Shown here one piece after another: positions 1 through 13,901 of a stretch of 64,000 nt of DNA. The stretch spans positions 73,904,001 to 73,968,000 of the forward strand of contig OX597814.1 in the NCBI GenBank assembly GCA_951406725.2, read 5' to 3'. Source of the DNA: Octopus vulgaris (lineage: Eukaryota). The position numbers and the translations under genes are program-made. Under the pieces are notes generated by a model. The model did not search any database, was not told the DNA's origin, and saw only the letters and a list, made by a program, of their open reading frames with translations. The stretch's first letter is position 1; the number at the start of each line of letters is the position of its first letter.

Positions 1-1007
1 TGTGACATTCACAATTATGTGCCTAAATGAATGCATTCATAATTTTAAAAATACTTAATTAACTTTAACATAAACTGATAATATCTCTACCCTCTCAGGA
101 TCTGACAATATTACTTTTTTTTTAATAGTATGCAACAGCTGTTTCTTTCCAATTCCAAACAGTTAGACATAATGATTTCTTTTAACTGGGCACAAGGCCA
201 ACATTGCAGTGAAAAATGTAATTGAGTAAGCTGACATATATTTACAGACATCCATATAGTTGAATATCAATCATCAAATTCTTTTCTACATTTTCATAGC
301 TCACTGTCTGTTGTAATTTTATGATAAATAAATATTAGTCACTTAGATTATTGATTTTGGTTATTGGCACAAGGTCACATATTCAGTACTTATTTTAATG
401 TCTTCATAAGAATAAAAACGGAAGGTGATCAAAGCGGGATTTAAACTTTAAAAATCAAGAAATGTAACTAAATACTGCAACACTTCAGTTCAGTATTCTA
501 CCACATTTATTCTTGTACCATATTTAACATTAAGAATTAAATATTGTAACTGACATACAGATTGGAAGATTTGATTTTGTATTATGGTGTAAAGTTGTTT
601 GGAAATAGGTTTATTAGTAGTGAATAAAAACTTTCTTTGAATATGGTTTTAACAAGCTGAGATACATGATTCTTCACTGAAATAAGACATGACATAAAGG
701 ATGTTTCAATAATTTTGCTTTATGTAAAAATATTTCTCCCCAGCATTTCTAACTTTTTTCCCTCATCAACCTCATGATCAATTAACCCCTAGCATTCCTG
801 AGAGTGCCTCTACTGTTTCTAATCTCTACCTTATCTCTAGTTAAATAGCAATGTTCAGGTTATGTTAAATATTGAATATAAAACTTTGTAAATTGTAGGT
901 GAAAAATCTTAGCTGCCCAAACATTTGAGGAAAAGGAGTTAGCAGAAATTTTAGATAATCTGAACTGCAGTTTTTAGTTGTTTTCTCTACATTTTGAATT
1001 CAAATAC

Positions 1008-3113
1008 CAGACCCGAGGACCAAAAATTTGAAGTGTTTCGGATTGCAAGACAGCTTGTGAGAGAAAACTATGATGTCATAAGAGGAATTTGTGTCCACAT
1101 GGATGATGGTTCACTTGCATTTAATGATTCTGCAAAGAAATGTCATTATGAAAGACTGCTGAACATGGAGAATGAATGGGAGGAGGAGAGTCTGCCCAAC
1201 TGAGGAACCACCTATCCAAATAAACAGTACCTTGGTAGATAAAGCAATTAAGGATATGAAGACAGGGAAAGCCCCCAGCCCATCAAGAATTACCACTGAG
1301 ATGCTCAAAATATTTGGTGGTGTAGGTTATAGTCTAGTCACTTGTAAGTCAACTGCTACAAAGGCAAAGGTGATGCCTTAGATAGAAATAATTACAATCA
1401 AATTGTTGGATCAGGTGATGAAAGTTATGGAGAGAGTCATAGCCCAACTAATTAGGGGGAGAATTAGTCTAGATGAGATGCAGTTTGATTTTGTGCAAGG
1501 GAGAAACACCACTGATGCTATATTTCTGGTTAGGCAGCTGCAGAAATGCATAGCCAAAGATAAACCTCTGTACTTGGCTTTTGTTGACTTGGAGAAAACC
1601 TTTAACAGGGTCCCCCAATCCCTTAATCTAGTGGTCAATGTGGAAACTAGGAATAGATGAGTGGTTGGTGAGAGCTGTACAAGCTATCAGGAATGCGATC
1701 AGTAAGGTGAGGATTGGCAACAAATACAGTGACGACTTCAGGGTACAAGTAGGTTCACCAAGGATTGGTTTAGCACTCCCTCTTGTTCAACATAGTCCTA
1801 CAGGCAATAGCGGAGGAATTTAACTAAAGAAGACGTTTCAGGTATGGAAGCAAGGTCAAGAATCAAAGGGCTTTAGAGTTAATCTAGCAAAAACCAAAGT
1901 CTTAGTAAGAAGACAGACAAATCCCCTCAGGTAGATGGTACTGCTCAATCTGTAGAAAAGGCATAGGTAGAAACTCCATAAGATTACCTGGTGTAAGCTA
2001 TGGACACATAAGAGGTGCAGCAATATCAGAGGAAGGTTAACAGAAAAAATAGTTTTTGTGTGTGGAAGATGCACAGGTACAATAAACATTGAAAATATAC
2101 AGAAAATAGACTCCATCAACTACCAGGGGAGTAAGCTAGAGGTAGTAGATAGCATCCGTTATCTAGGTGACCAAGTTAGTAGTAGCGGTGGATGCTCTGA
2201 GAGCATAACTGTCAGAATTAGAATTGGCTGGGTAAAATTCACAGAGATCCTCCTCTGCTGGCAACAAAGGACCTCTCCCTCAGAGTGAAAGGCAGATTGT
2301 ATGATGCTTGTGTGTGAATAGCTATACATGGACTGTGACAGCAGAGGACATACATAGGCTTGAAAGAAATGAAGCCAGTATGCTTTGCTGAATGTGCAAT
2401 GTCAGAGAAAAGTTGGGCTTAAGAGACATCAGATGTGGTGTGCAAGAGGGACGACTGCGCTGGTATGGTCATGTGATGCATATGAATGAGAACAGCTGTG
2501 TAGAGAAGTGCCAATCTCTAACTGTGGAGGGAACCAATGGTAGAGGTAGACCCAGAAAGATGTGGGACGAGGTGATGAAGTATGATCTTTGAACTCTGGG
2601 CCTCACAGAGGCAATGACTGGTAACTGAGACCTTTGATAATATGCTGTGCTTGAGAAGACCTGCCAAGTAAAATTGTAGTCATGGCCAATGCTGGTGTTA
2701 TATAACTGGCACCTATGCTGGTGGCACATAAAAAGCACCTTGCATGCATTGGGCCTCACAGAGGTAAAGTAGCCAATGCCGGTGGCATGTGGAAAGCTCC
2801 TTTCAAGTGTTGGACCTCATGGAGGCAATAACAAATAATTGGACTTTTGGCATTATGCCGTGCTTGAGAAGAAGACTCATGAAGCCAAGTAAAATTGCAG
2901 TTGTGGCAGATACTGGTGTCCTGTAAATGACACCCATGCCAGTGGCGTGTAAAAGCACCCATTACACTCTCAGAGTGGTTGGGGTTAGGAAGGGTATCCA
3001 TCCATAGAAACTATGCCAAATCAGACTGGAGTCTGGTACAGCCTTCCAGCTTGCCAGCCCCAGTCAAACCATCCAACCCATGCCAGCATGGACAACGGAC
3101 ATATGATGATGAT
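1008..3113 (+). mobile_element. RTE-clade LINE, 5'-truncated and frameshifted (RT, C-terminus, 3'UTR)
   Basis: ORF fragments MKTGKAPSPS, EMQFDFVQGRNTTDAIFLVRQLQ, AFVDLEKTFNRVP, RLRWYGHV, GRGRPRKMW. The 3'UTR and (GAT)n tail are shared with other copies in the window. Confidence 0.9.
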
Positions 3114-3411
3114 CTTTGTCGACTTTGATTTTCATCCCTTTGGATTCAATAAAATAAATACCAGTAATTGGTAGTTCAATTGACTGTAACTCTTCCCTGC
3201 AAATGTTAACCTCATGCAAAACATAAACAGGTATCTCTGACCACATCCAAAAAGAGTCACTCGACTGACTGGCATGAAGTGTCTTGCAAAACACTCCAGC
3301 CTCTGGCCTACTAACATGTTTTTTTCCTTTCTGCCTTTTCTATCACTGAAGGATAACATATCAGTAATTATTCTTGATGGTCCATCTACTTTCCCTGCCC
3401 TCATATCCTCC

Positions 3412-3636
3412 TTAACTCTTTAGTATTCAGATTATTCTGTCAAATGTAATACTTATTAATTCATGTTGTTTTGAATTAATCAAGCATTATCTTGTCACTT
3501 CGAGATTTTGATGCGACTGTTTATTTTTAGAATGACATTATAGGATAGATGGGAAAGGCCAGATCTGGCCAGTTTGAGCATAACACATGTAAAATAATTT
3601 GGCTGGATATGGCCAGTTTAAATGCTAAAGGGTTAA
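3412..3636. mobile_element. piggyBac-type MITE
   Basis: TTAA at both ends; TIR CTCTTTAGTATT ... AATGCTAAAGGG (reverse complement CCCTTTAGCATT). Confidence 0.75.
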
Positions 3637-5648
3637 TGGCTATTTCAACTGTTAGCCTTCAATTTCAATAGTTAGTCCCTCTCTCTTTCTATCACACATT
3701 TCCTCATTCATCAACCTCTTGAAGTAGCATTTCCTTTTCAGTATTACTAAAAGTAAGTACACCACTATTGTCTCACACACACACACACACACACACAAAC
3801 ACTTTTCAACATCTTTATTCTTACAGACACTACTTTGCAATCTGGAATAAACCAGACCTCTGATCCTCATGTCCAGAACATTAACAAACCTTTCAATCTT
3901 AATTTCTGTCTTTGCTAAATATATATGGTATTTAGTTTCTCATCTAACTACCTGACATTGTTTCTTACACTCTAACTTTCTTCCTTTCATTTCAGGCCTC
4001 TCTCTTAGCTTTTATGCTTCTACTATCACATCTCCACATCATCTGGCTGGAACTTTGCTCCATCCACAAAGCTGCTCTGTAGCTCACAGCAAGTTGTCTT
4101 GTAGAAGCTATCAGTTGTCTATGTTAAAGGTTCTATTTCTAGCATAGTGATTTATCAGCTTCCATCTTTCTCTGCCTAGCTCTTATTCAATTGTAACTAA
4201 CCACTAGTCTATGTTGAATGGTACATTCTTCACCCGGGAAAGACAGTATTCACAACCATTTGTATTTCCCATTTCCTGGTGAGTGTGAAGTTTACTTGGT
4301 TTGTGTCTTCTCTTGAGATATACGTAATCATTTACTACATTTCAAATATGTTTGTGTGTTGAAGTGTAGAAGGTGAATATATTAGCATGGAAATGATAAC
4401 AGATAACATAAGGGTCACAACTGAAAAAAGTTTGTTATAAACTTGTTGATGGGATCTGTGATGAAGAAAGATTTAGAGGACAATACAAATCATATGTAAG
4501 GTTAACTGACAAAAAATAAAGCAAAATGAAAGTCACTGAAACCTGTAGAAACAAGAAACAGAGAAACACAATGTGATGTTAGATATGACTGTATGATTCA
4601 TTATCTTTACTATGTAAGCTTTTTGACTTCACAGGTTATATCCCACAATCATTAGTTTTTACACAAATGTAAGCTTCATTTTTATGTACAAAGAATTCTT
4701 TTATCATCAAAAAGATAAAATGTTTTAATACACCAAGTAATTATAAATTATAGATAAAAATTTCCTCTTTTTACCACACAACTAGAACTAATTAGGTAAT
4801 CAAATCTAAAATATTTTTATATTGTCTCTCAATTGTTTAGTTTTGATTTTTGATTGCTATAAGAAGATAATTTAATGCAAACTTAAGTACAAGACTCAAA
4901 TTTTGAATGTTATTTATCTCTGGGCATACACAAGTTCTGAAAAGAGAAAGTTGCATAGACTTTTGTTTATATCATATACAGCTTGAATACTGTATTATAT
5001 TACTCTACTCTAAATAGGCTATGATCAATAATTTATATAATAAAATGAAATATATTTTGCTTCTGATCACCAACGCTTATCATTGCCATAAGCATGTCCA
5101 TGCATAAGCACACAGACTCATTGGAAATACCTATAAATGTAAGAATAAAAGCTGCGTAGTGGTATTTTTTGCTTACATAAATTACCATTTTGGATTTGGT
5201 GATATATCTTAATTTATTTGCTTTAAAATGTTGAAAATTCAATTTACAAAGTACTATTCTATATAGGACAAAAAAATGTTTAAGCAAAACGAAAAAAAAA
5301 CTTTGTCATTCAGATATAAAATTTTAAAGTTGAATCAAAATTATTCTCTGAATATTCTAAATGGTATGTAAACATGTAAATTTATTTAGCCTAGGGTTAG
5401 CAGTGACGTAGCAGGCTATATCAGAGGCATAACTATCAAATCTTTTATCCAGATAGTGTATATAAGACATCATCCAATAAGTACTGCCATTTTTTAAAAA
5501 CAGTAATGTGCAGTTCACAAGACAGGGCCACTGTTTCTAAAGGGTTGAGTAATCACACAGAAGCTGCCTTGTTAGTTTGATTTTTACATGTCACTAAAAA
5601 AAAAGTGCTGCAAGGTGGTTGTAGGTTGGTACTTAGAGAACAGCCTGT

Positions 5649-5876
5649 TTAACCCTTTCATTACTGTATTTATTTTGAGATGCTCTGTGTTTCTTTCAAT
5701 TACTTTAAATATAACAAAGAATTTAGTAAAATAACATAGTTACCATTCAGCTAGTGTTAGGAACATAAATTGTGACTAAGTTTTGGTGGAAGATTTTAAT
5801 TCAGAACTTATGAAAACAAGACATTTGTACTCAGAGCCAGAGCCGGTTTCAGCCGGGTTGGTAACGAAAGGGTTAA
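5649..5876. mobile_element. piggyBac-type MITE (second family)
   Basis: TTAA-CCCTTTCATTAC ... GTAACGAAAGGG-TTAA; 11/12 TIR match. Confidence 0.85.
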
Positions 5877-7892
5877 GGATATTACAATGTTTAGTCACAT
5901 GGATAAAATAAAATACAAAGCTACACTGAGGGAGGTATTTATGCTGAAGCTTTCATTCCACTATTAAAATGGACAGTGTCTGGCAATGATGATAATCTTT
6001 AAGCTCCAACGCTACCCAGAATTAGGTTAACTACTGTCGGATAGTAAATGGTAAAATTCTTTTCAGTCCATAAGGAGACCAAGCTTTTCAGCAACACACA
6101 CCTATTGATGCCAAATTCCATGCAACTCTACTTGTTGATGGATAAATCCTATTGTTACATTTATCAACAAGCAACAGTTAAATTATATATTTTTCTGAGT
6201 GCTCTCACATACGAACACACCTAAGACTGTAAGACCTTTGCTTATTGACAAGCAGGCAATGGACAAAGAGAACTAAGATGAAGCAAATGGAATTGCTGCA
6301 GAAGTTGATGAGTAAATGAATGACTTTAATTTATAATTTATTTTCATTTCAACACTTTATTAAATTTCACAATTATTTAGGATTGGAATTCATAAATAAA
6401 CTCTCATGCCAAAATTTATTTACTCTTGCAACTATACGAATATTATTTCAAATTCTAAATACACTGCTCAATTCATTCATCAGCTGTAGACATGCTAGAG
6501 GTCATGTAATTCTTACTAGACATAGGATGTCTGTTGTATTTCAACAGAAAATAGAAAATAATGATTTCAAATATAAGTTGCAAAGATTTTCGACAAATTC
6601 AATGCCTGTTTATTTAATATGAAGGACATAGCCTTTGTGATAAATAACCACAGCACAAAGATTGTGTGTTATTTGAATTCAATACCATTTATTTATATTA
6701 ATACTTTCAGATATCACATATCTTTTTTGCAGCTCTACATTTTTTCTTAATTTATTGTCTTCTTATTTTAACACTGAAGTGAACTTCATTGTTATCATCT
6801 CTATAAGTTATTATTACCAAGACTTATCTGAGTTTAAAATTATAGAAAGTGATCTAACTGAAATGTTAATCTTAACTTTATCTACTAATATTAGTTTTCT
6901 GTCCACATAAATTATTTCTCAAACATTAGTATGTATGCAAAAACAATCAAAACTGATAGCAATCATTCATGTTCCCTTATTTTCCACAATAATTTCTTAT
7001 TGTCTTTTATAAAACATAATAATAATATCTGACATCAAATGTGTTGAATTGTTTTGTTATCTTTATAGGGATATATAAAAGTTTAATATATAATCTAATC
7101 TTCCCTCATTCCTGGAGACCAATCCTATAAACATCTTAAAAATAACAAGTAAGATCTTACTATAATTTTAAAAAGAACTCAAAGTGAAAAGCAAGATGAG
7201 TTGTTAAGAACACTTGGAATGTGTTAAAAATCACAAAGCCAAAGGACTCTGTTGGTTACATATTGTGAATTATTTGCTTTGTTGTTATATGAGCAAAAGA
7301 AACAATTGTGACAGTGAGAAATGAAAAGTTAGTTAACACTTCAGGTATTCTGGTAAAATATGTTTAATATTTCAAGCAGAAAGAATAAATATGAAAGAAT
7401 GAAGGTGGTCGTAGAGGTGTGGAAAAAAAAATGGAATAAAAGAAAACCTCAATGATAATCATATAAATGTGAAAGGAAACATTTTAAATAGTATATTGGA
7501 TTGATGTACATTCTTGAAATAAGTATTTTATGACTAGCATTATGTTTAATTTCTTATAAAGAAAACTGATTGCCAATACTGCAAATATATACAATGGCAA
7601 CAAGTTAAAAATACCAAAAATAACTTTACAATATTGTTATATTGCCCCAGCCAATCCTGACTGAGTAAACCTATGACCAAAGGCATTCCAACTACAACAA
7701 TACCATAATTTTTCAGATATAGTGGTATCCCCAGACTATATTATCTAACAAGTCTTTTCTTTTTTCCAAAGACAGTAGGGTATGGTTTGAGAGAGAATGT
7801 CCAGTCTATTGTTTCTTGCTATTTGTTTTCTTTTTCTTTATTTTGATGTAAGTGGATGATTATTTGTAGAAAACAGGAAAAGCAAGACTCAT

Positions 7893-8195
7893 AATCATCA
7901 TCATCCTTTAATGTCCATTTTCCATGCTGGCATGGGTCGGATGGTTTGACAAGAGCTGGCAAGCTGGAGAACAGTACCAGTTTCCAGTCTGATTTGGCTT
8001 GATACCCTTCCTAGTGCCAAACATTTTACGGTGTGTGCTGGATGCTTTTAACATGGCACCACGAGTGCTTTTATGTTGCACAGGTACACAATTCTTGCAG
8101 CCCAATCCTTTTCATTAGACAGAGTGGCCTTAGCACTTCTGTAGTGAAGGACAGATCTTCTTGAGTACAGCAAAGCACCAGGTATCTCAGTCCCA
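7893..8195 (-). mobile_element. RTE LINE 3'UTR fragment
   Basis: (CAT)n followed by the reverse complement of the RTE tail (ttccatgctggcatggg...cccttcctagtgccaa). Confidence 0.7.
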
Positions 8196-8534
8196 TGAAA
8201 AGAAAACCATTCTTCAAACCATGTCAGTAGCCAAGTTGGAAGTCAATGGCCATATGTGGGCTTCTCTAAATTTTGCACTTGTCGGGGAGATGCATCAAGG
8301 TAATGGATTTAGGTGCTAACTGATATGGCATCCTCTTAAGGTATTACCCACAGGTTTAGACCCCAGCATTACCTGGTGGTAGACTTTGATGTAGGATATC
8401 AATTGACTCAAGGCAGGGACCCAGAGCAAATGCTTGAAATACAGCAAATAGGAGATAGTATTAAACTAGACTTAGGTCTATTATGAGCACTAGGACTCAT
8501 GAGGCTGGAGTTTAGCTCAGTTTGCTTAGCATGG

Positions 8535-8745
8535 AAGTCACTGAGATAACAACACTTTCTCCTGAATGGGATGCCAGACCACCACAGGATAACTTTCTGG
8601 AATTCATTTACAACTGAGTGGCCTAGAGCAATGTGAAATGAAATGTTTTGCTCAAGAACACAATGAATCATCCAGTCTGGGAATGAAAATCATAATCTTA
8701 CAATTATGAGTGCAACACCCTAACCACTAGACCACACACCTTCAC
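8535..8745 (-). mobile_element. CORE-like SINE remnant
   Basis: ctgagtggcctagagcaatgtgaaatgaaatgttttgctcaagaacacaa is reverse-complement similar to the SINE at 37118-37345. Confidence 0.55.
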
Positions 8746-10089
8746 ATATTAAGTCTGGCACAAAACAAAAAAAATAAATAAATAAACAGAGCAGAAGCAG
8801 AGGCAGGGTCTAGTATGCTTTATCATGATGCAATAAGAACTTTGGCTTATAGAGTTCAGTCCTTACTGCTCAATTTCATTTGAAAGAAGCACCTCCTTGA
8901 CAGATCTCCTTTACCATAGCTGTAGAAGTTGTTTCTTCTAGGTTGGTCCTCAGTATAAATGAAATGTTTACAAAATTACCATAAGAATAATAATAAAAAT
9001 AGTGACTATTTTCGCTGAATTTAGAAGATATTACATTTGAAAGTTGCAACAGACTATGTAAGAAAATGGATAAAAATAAAATACTCATACAGGAATCCCT
9101 TATAGAATTCCATGTTACAGCAAATATGAGTAAGATGAGGCCATCCAACTGGTCTAAGAGACAGTAATTCCAAATAAGAATTGATTTGAACTTTGACATC
9201 TCATCCAGCTTATTCTAGTATGAAATGCAGATATAATGATTTCATAACATGAGGGTGTCTGTACATACAAATAAGGAAATGAAGACTATATATATTGAAT
9301 GGTATACAAGGATCAGACTATAAATTATAAATAAAGTTGAAGAAGGAAATAATCATCTGGTATAGAAAAGGTAGTGATATAAGCAAGAATTTGTTTTTAA
9401 ATAAAAAGATCATGCAATGACCACCGCCAAGGTAAACCTTCTCAAACAGGTGTAATTAATGTGAATGAGGTTAGATTCATCCAAAAGATAACTACAGAAA
9501 AAGTGTGGTTAGTGAAGGAATTTCCATGAAAATTCAAGGAAGAAAGTACTGTTTCATACATGATCTGAAGGTGATGATGTACAGTAAGAATTGAGAAGAG
9601 CAGTAAATACATAGAGTGGGCTTTGAAAAGGACGGTAGGTACTTTGGTAATTCAGTGGCTTAGTATTATAGTACTTTAGTAGTGAGAATAGCATGCTGGT
9701 GAGTATAGTAGGCCATACTATTAAAGATTATCTATCAGTCTGGATGTGGTCTAGAATCATCATTATTTAAATATCTCCTTTTCGATGCTTGCACGGATCA
9801 GAGTTTTCTATAGCTACATGCACTTCCAGTCGCCAATCCCCACCTATTTCCCATAGAGGTAATAATCTCACAGTCTAACAAATACCAAAGGGCCTGGACA
9901 CACTTACATGGAGAACTGGAAACTAATGACAGTGAAATGATCTTTTGTTTACAAAGATCATGCAACATGTCCAGTAACATGGACATGCTTTTGTAGCAGA
10001 CTGCATTGTAAGTGAAGGTACTGTTTACAACCAGTGAGCAAAACACATGTAGATGATGGGAATATGAAATCACTCACAGAAACACATAC

Positions 10090-10265
10090 ATATACACAAA
10101 TGCAACAGGCTTCTTTCAATTTTCACCCTTCAAATACATTTCCAAGGCTTTGGACAGCCCGGGGCTATAATAGAAGACATTTGCCAAAGGTACCTGGCAG
10201 CAGACTGAACCTGAAACTTATGGTTGGGAAGCAAATTTTTTTAACTTCACAACCATGTCTGCACC
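10090..10265 (-). mobile_element. tRNA-headed SINE family A, decayed
   Basis: caggcttctttca...gctataatagaagacatttgccaaagg matches the copies at 18055-18835. Confidence 0.6.
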
Positions 10266-10431
10266 TCAAGTTCTGAGTGTGTGTGTGTGTGTATAAAAAC
10301 ACACTAGCAGATATGTGAGCAGTGTTTTAATGCACTTGTGCCTTGTGTAGACTCAACAACTGTTCATAGCTAAAAGCATTTCTTGTTATGAAGGAAAAGT
10401 ATTTGCAATACAGTTTTGGCTATAGTGTAAA

Positions 10432-11280
10432 TATAAGATGGTATCAAAAAGTTCCCAAACTACTTCTGCTTGCATGTGCAGTGAGAATTAGCAGTGACCT
10501 TCATGAGGCAGTGGTGCCAAGTGACATCGCTGTGTTTACTTTGCGAGTTGTGAAATTTGTGTGTTTGTGATCACATTTATGCTGTAGTCTGTAATTTTGT
10601 CATAGACAGAAACAAAGAGCCAATGTGAAATTTTGCATTAAACTTCGGAAGTCTACTACAGACACATTGAGCATGCTTCAGTAAGTTTATGGTGATGAGG
10701 CAATGGGATATATTTCAAGTGGCACTGATGCTTCGAAAGTGAAAGAACATCCCTGGAAGATGATGAATGATCTGGAAGACCTGCCACAGGTGTCACCCTT
10801 GGAAATGTGGTATAGTGTATTGAGAATTCATTCCTGCCGGACCAGATCATCAATTGAGAGTTCTACAGTGACGTTTTAAAATGTTTGAGGGAGACCATTT
10901 GGCGAAAACAACTAGATCTGTGGAGCATGAAGAACTGGATTCTTCAAGCTCTCCCTCACATGTGAGTTTCTTACCAAAAATATGGTATTGCTTCTGCACC
11001 CACCCTATTTGCAAGATTTAGCAGCTGCGGACTTCCATCTCTTTCCCAAGATGAAAATGCAGCTCAAAGGTTGCTGTTTTAACACCACTGTCGAGATCCA
11101 GAGTGAACCACAGAAGGTCCTTGACTCACTTACAAAAAATGACAGGAACACTGGGACCAGTGTATTGCTGCACAAGATGACTATTTCAAAGGAGGTGATT
11201 TTAAATAAATTATTATTAGGTAAATAAATTATTCTTTACTATACATAATTAGTCCAGGAACCTTTTGATATCACCTCATA
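10432..11280 (+). mobile_element. mariner DNA transposon, internally deleted and decayed
   Basis: TA-bounded TIRs tataagatggtatcaaaaagttcc / ggaaccttttgatatcacctcata. Transposase relics QRANVKFCIKL..., TSLEDDE*SGRP and HPPYLQDLAAADFHLFPKMK (YSPDLAP motif). Confidence 0.85.
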
Positions 11281-13901
11281 TGTGGTCACCATGAAAGATA
11301 GCAGACTATAAAGCTTATCATTTGTAGAAACTATGGATGTTTTAGTTGTAAAGTGGTCATAGCATTTTAAGTTATTTTTATACATTGAGGTAAATACCTA
11401 TAAAAGAAGAAAAGTTTAAAAGGTGACAATAGAAGTTTCACATTTGGCTAATGTGTACAATATGATAGTGAAGTGATGGGATCATAAAGGAAGGAAGGAA
11501 GGAAAGAAGAAAGGAGTGAGTAAGTGATATGGGGTATACAGAAAATGTGATGAAACTCATAAGGTTATTTTGCAGAGGTAAATCTAATCCAATGATCATT
11601 TTAACACTGTAACCAGACCTTTGAATGCTCTTAGCAACATTCAAGTATTTGAAGTAGGTATCTGGTCTAAGTGATTCTTTCTTCTCCTAACTAAGCCGTA
11701 AAAAATATTTTAAAATGGAAATCAGTGCTCATGACACTTTGCAATGCCTCGAAGGCTAGAAGAAGGTAGGATCCTCACACTGTAAGTGGCCTGGATGCTT
11801 GCAACAAGGTGGTTTCCACTAGAGGAACCCTATGTGCCAGCTGATGGTACTAAACTAGGTTACAGAATAAGTCCATCACACATTGTGGAATGATGTGTAA
11901 GGGAGATGTAACAAAGTTAAAAGAGAGCTTCTTAGCAAAAGACCAGAAGGTTATTTTTCATTATTTCTTTGCTTATGCACCAAAATATCTATATACCTTT
12001 TTCAGTATCATGTTGATATTTCTGGTAGTGATGTAAGTCTAACTTTTATAAAATCCTTACACAGAAACCCAGCCCAGGAGAGACTAGAACTTCAACAGCC
12101 ACAGTGTCATATCAAGCTTATTTTATTATTTGTTATTGTATACATAGGAGGAGGGACAGCCCTATCTCAACATGGCTGATGTCTATCAGGACTCCTGAAG
12201 GTTGATGTTCATAGGAAAAGAGAATAAGGATGAACTGAGGAAAGTTTTTAGTGATGGGTTTGGTAGTGAAGTACAACATGAATTGTGATATCTATATGAG
12301 AAAGGTTAGGTGCCTCAAATGAACATGAATGGAAATTGTATGAAATTTAAAAGTAGCCTCTAGACAGTTCTGATATAGCAACCCTATGACCAAAGTATTC
12401 CAACCATCAGTCCATGTCTTCTTTTTATATATTTTTACAGACAGTGTTCAATGTGTCAGTTTTTCTTCTTAACATTTTGGGGAGAATGGTTCCTATTTCT
12501 AACGAAGTACTCAGTTTGAAGATAAACACACCTGACATTATTTCCCTTCTATTGCCAGGGGAAACTGGTGGAAAAGATTTCATTTCAGAACCTTGTCTTG
12601 TCACCTGGTACATAATCACATATCTTACTTCAGCTCTAATTCATTATTAGAGTACAGGATGTTTGAGAGGTCCACTTGACATAGTAGTAAAATACAGACA
12701 CATCAAAGTACCAAACAGCATTTTTTAATTAGAATATTTTCAACATTAAAAATGAAAACTATAGTTTCATGATATAGTTAATCCAGAATTTGAGAAAATT
12801 AGTTAACGAAAAGAAAACATGAAACACAGTTGCATAGTAATAACAATGTTATGTAGATTTCCTCCATGTTCGTACACGTTTATTTTTAGCAACATATAAA
12901 GATGACACATTGGAATAATAGAATTCTGAAGTGTCAAAGCAGAAGATATAATAGATGAGTAGTGAGATACAGGTTGGAAATTGTTGTTGAGTGGTCCTTG
13001 TGTACTTTGAAGTGATTAACAAATTGAAAACTACTACTAATATATTTATGGTCTTTCAGTCTTACTTCAATAACTGAGAACTGTATATGTAGGATATATA
13101 ACATAACAGACAAGGGGCTAGAATAAGCTCATGCTTATTTAAATGTCGTCTATTATCATATATTTGCAGATTTCTCTGACATGTAACTAACATTGCGGCT
13201 ACTTTTTTTATTATCGATTCAAATATGGTAATGGAGGAAAAACTCTTCCTCAATACATCAATAAAGACTTTTACATATTTTATAAAACGACTTTACATCT
13301 GAGACCATGTTAGCTACCAACTGTCGTACGTAACCGCGAGAGATGATGAATTAGTTGACACTAAAGAGGAAATAGGAGTCGATGAGGAGTGTCAAGACAC
13401 GTTAAGGACAGGTATGTTAAACAGCTGCAATAAATTACCCCTGAATGAAAGAAGTGTCCTACTCAGGAACACAAAGATACACCGGAAAACCTAAAATATT
13501 CAGGCAAAGAAAAACAAACTGGTAATGCAATATTTCTTTTGCTCATGACTACGTCTCTTCTATTCAGTTAAATAGAAATACAAAATTAGTTCATTTCCCC
13601 TACACCCACTATGATATACAGCCTTGATGTTACATAGAACTATCATTTCTCGCCAACTACAGACCGAAATTATATCTCAAATGATAATTATATGTTGTAC
13701 AATAAATATTCAAACTCAATATTATTGACCCTCCCCTTCATTCAAATGACAAAAACCATTTTAATATGATAGGTTGTTAAATTGATTGATTTTGACACAA
13801 ATCACAATAACAATGTGTGATAACATGTGTGTTATAGAAATCAATGAATATGTCTGATGTATCTAAAAGCAATCAAGTTGAACAAAAGATTTTAAACCTA
13901 C

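Noticed and set aside
1-13900. LIM-domain exons of the Ajuba/WTIP-like gene
   Set aside because: No spliceable CxxC...HxxC exon was recognised by eye. A small exon could have been missed.
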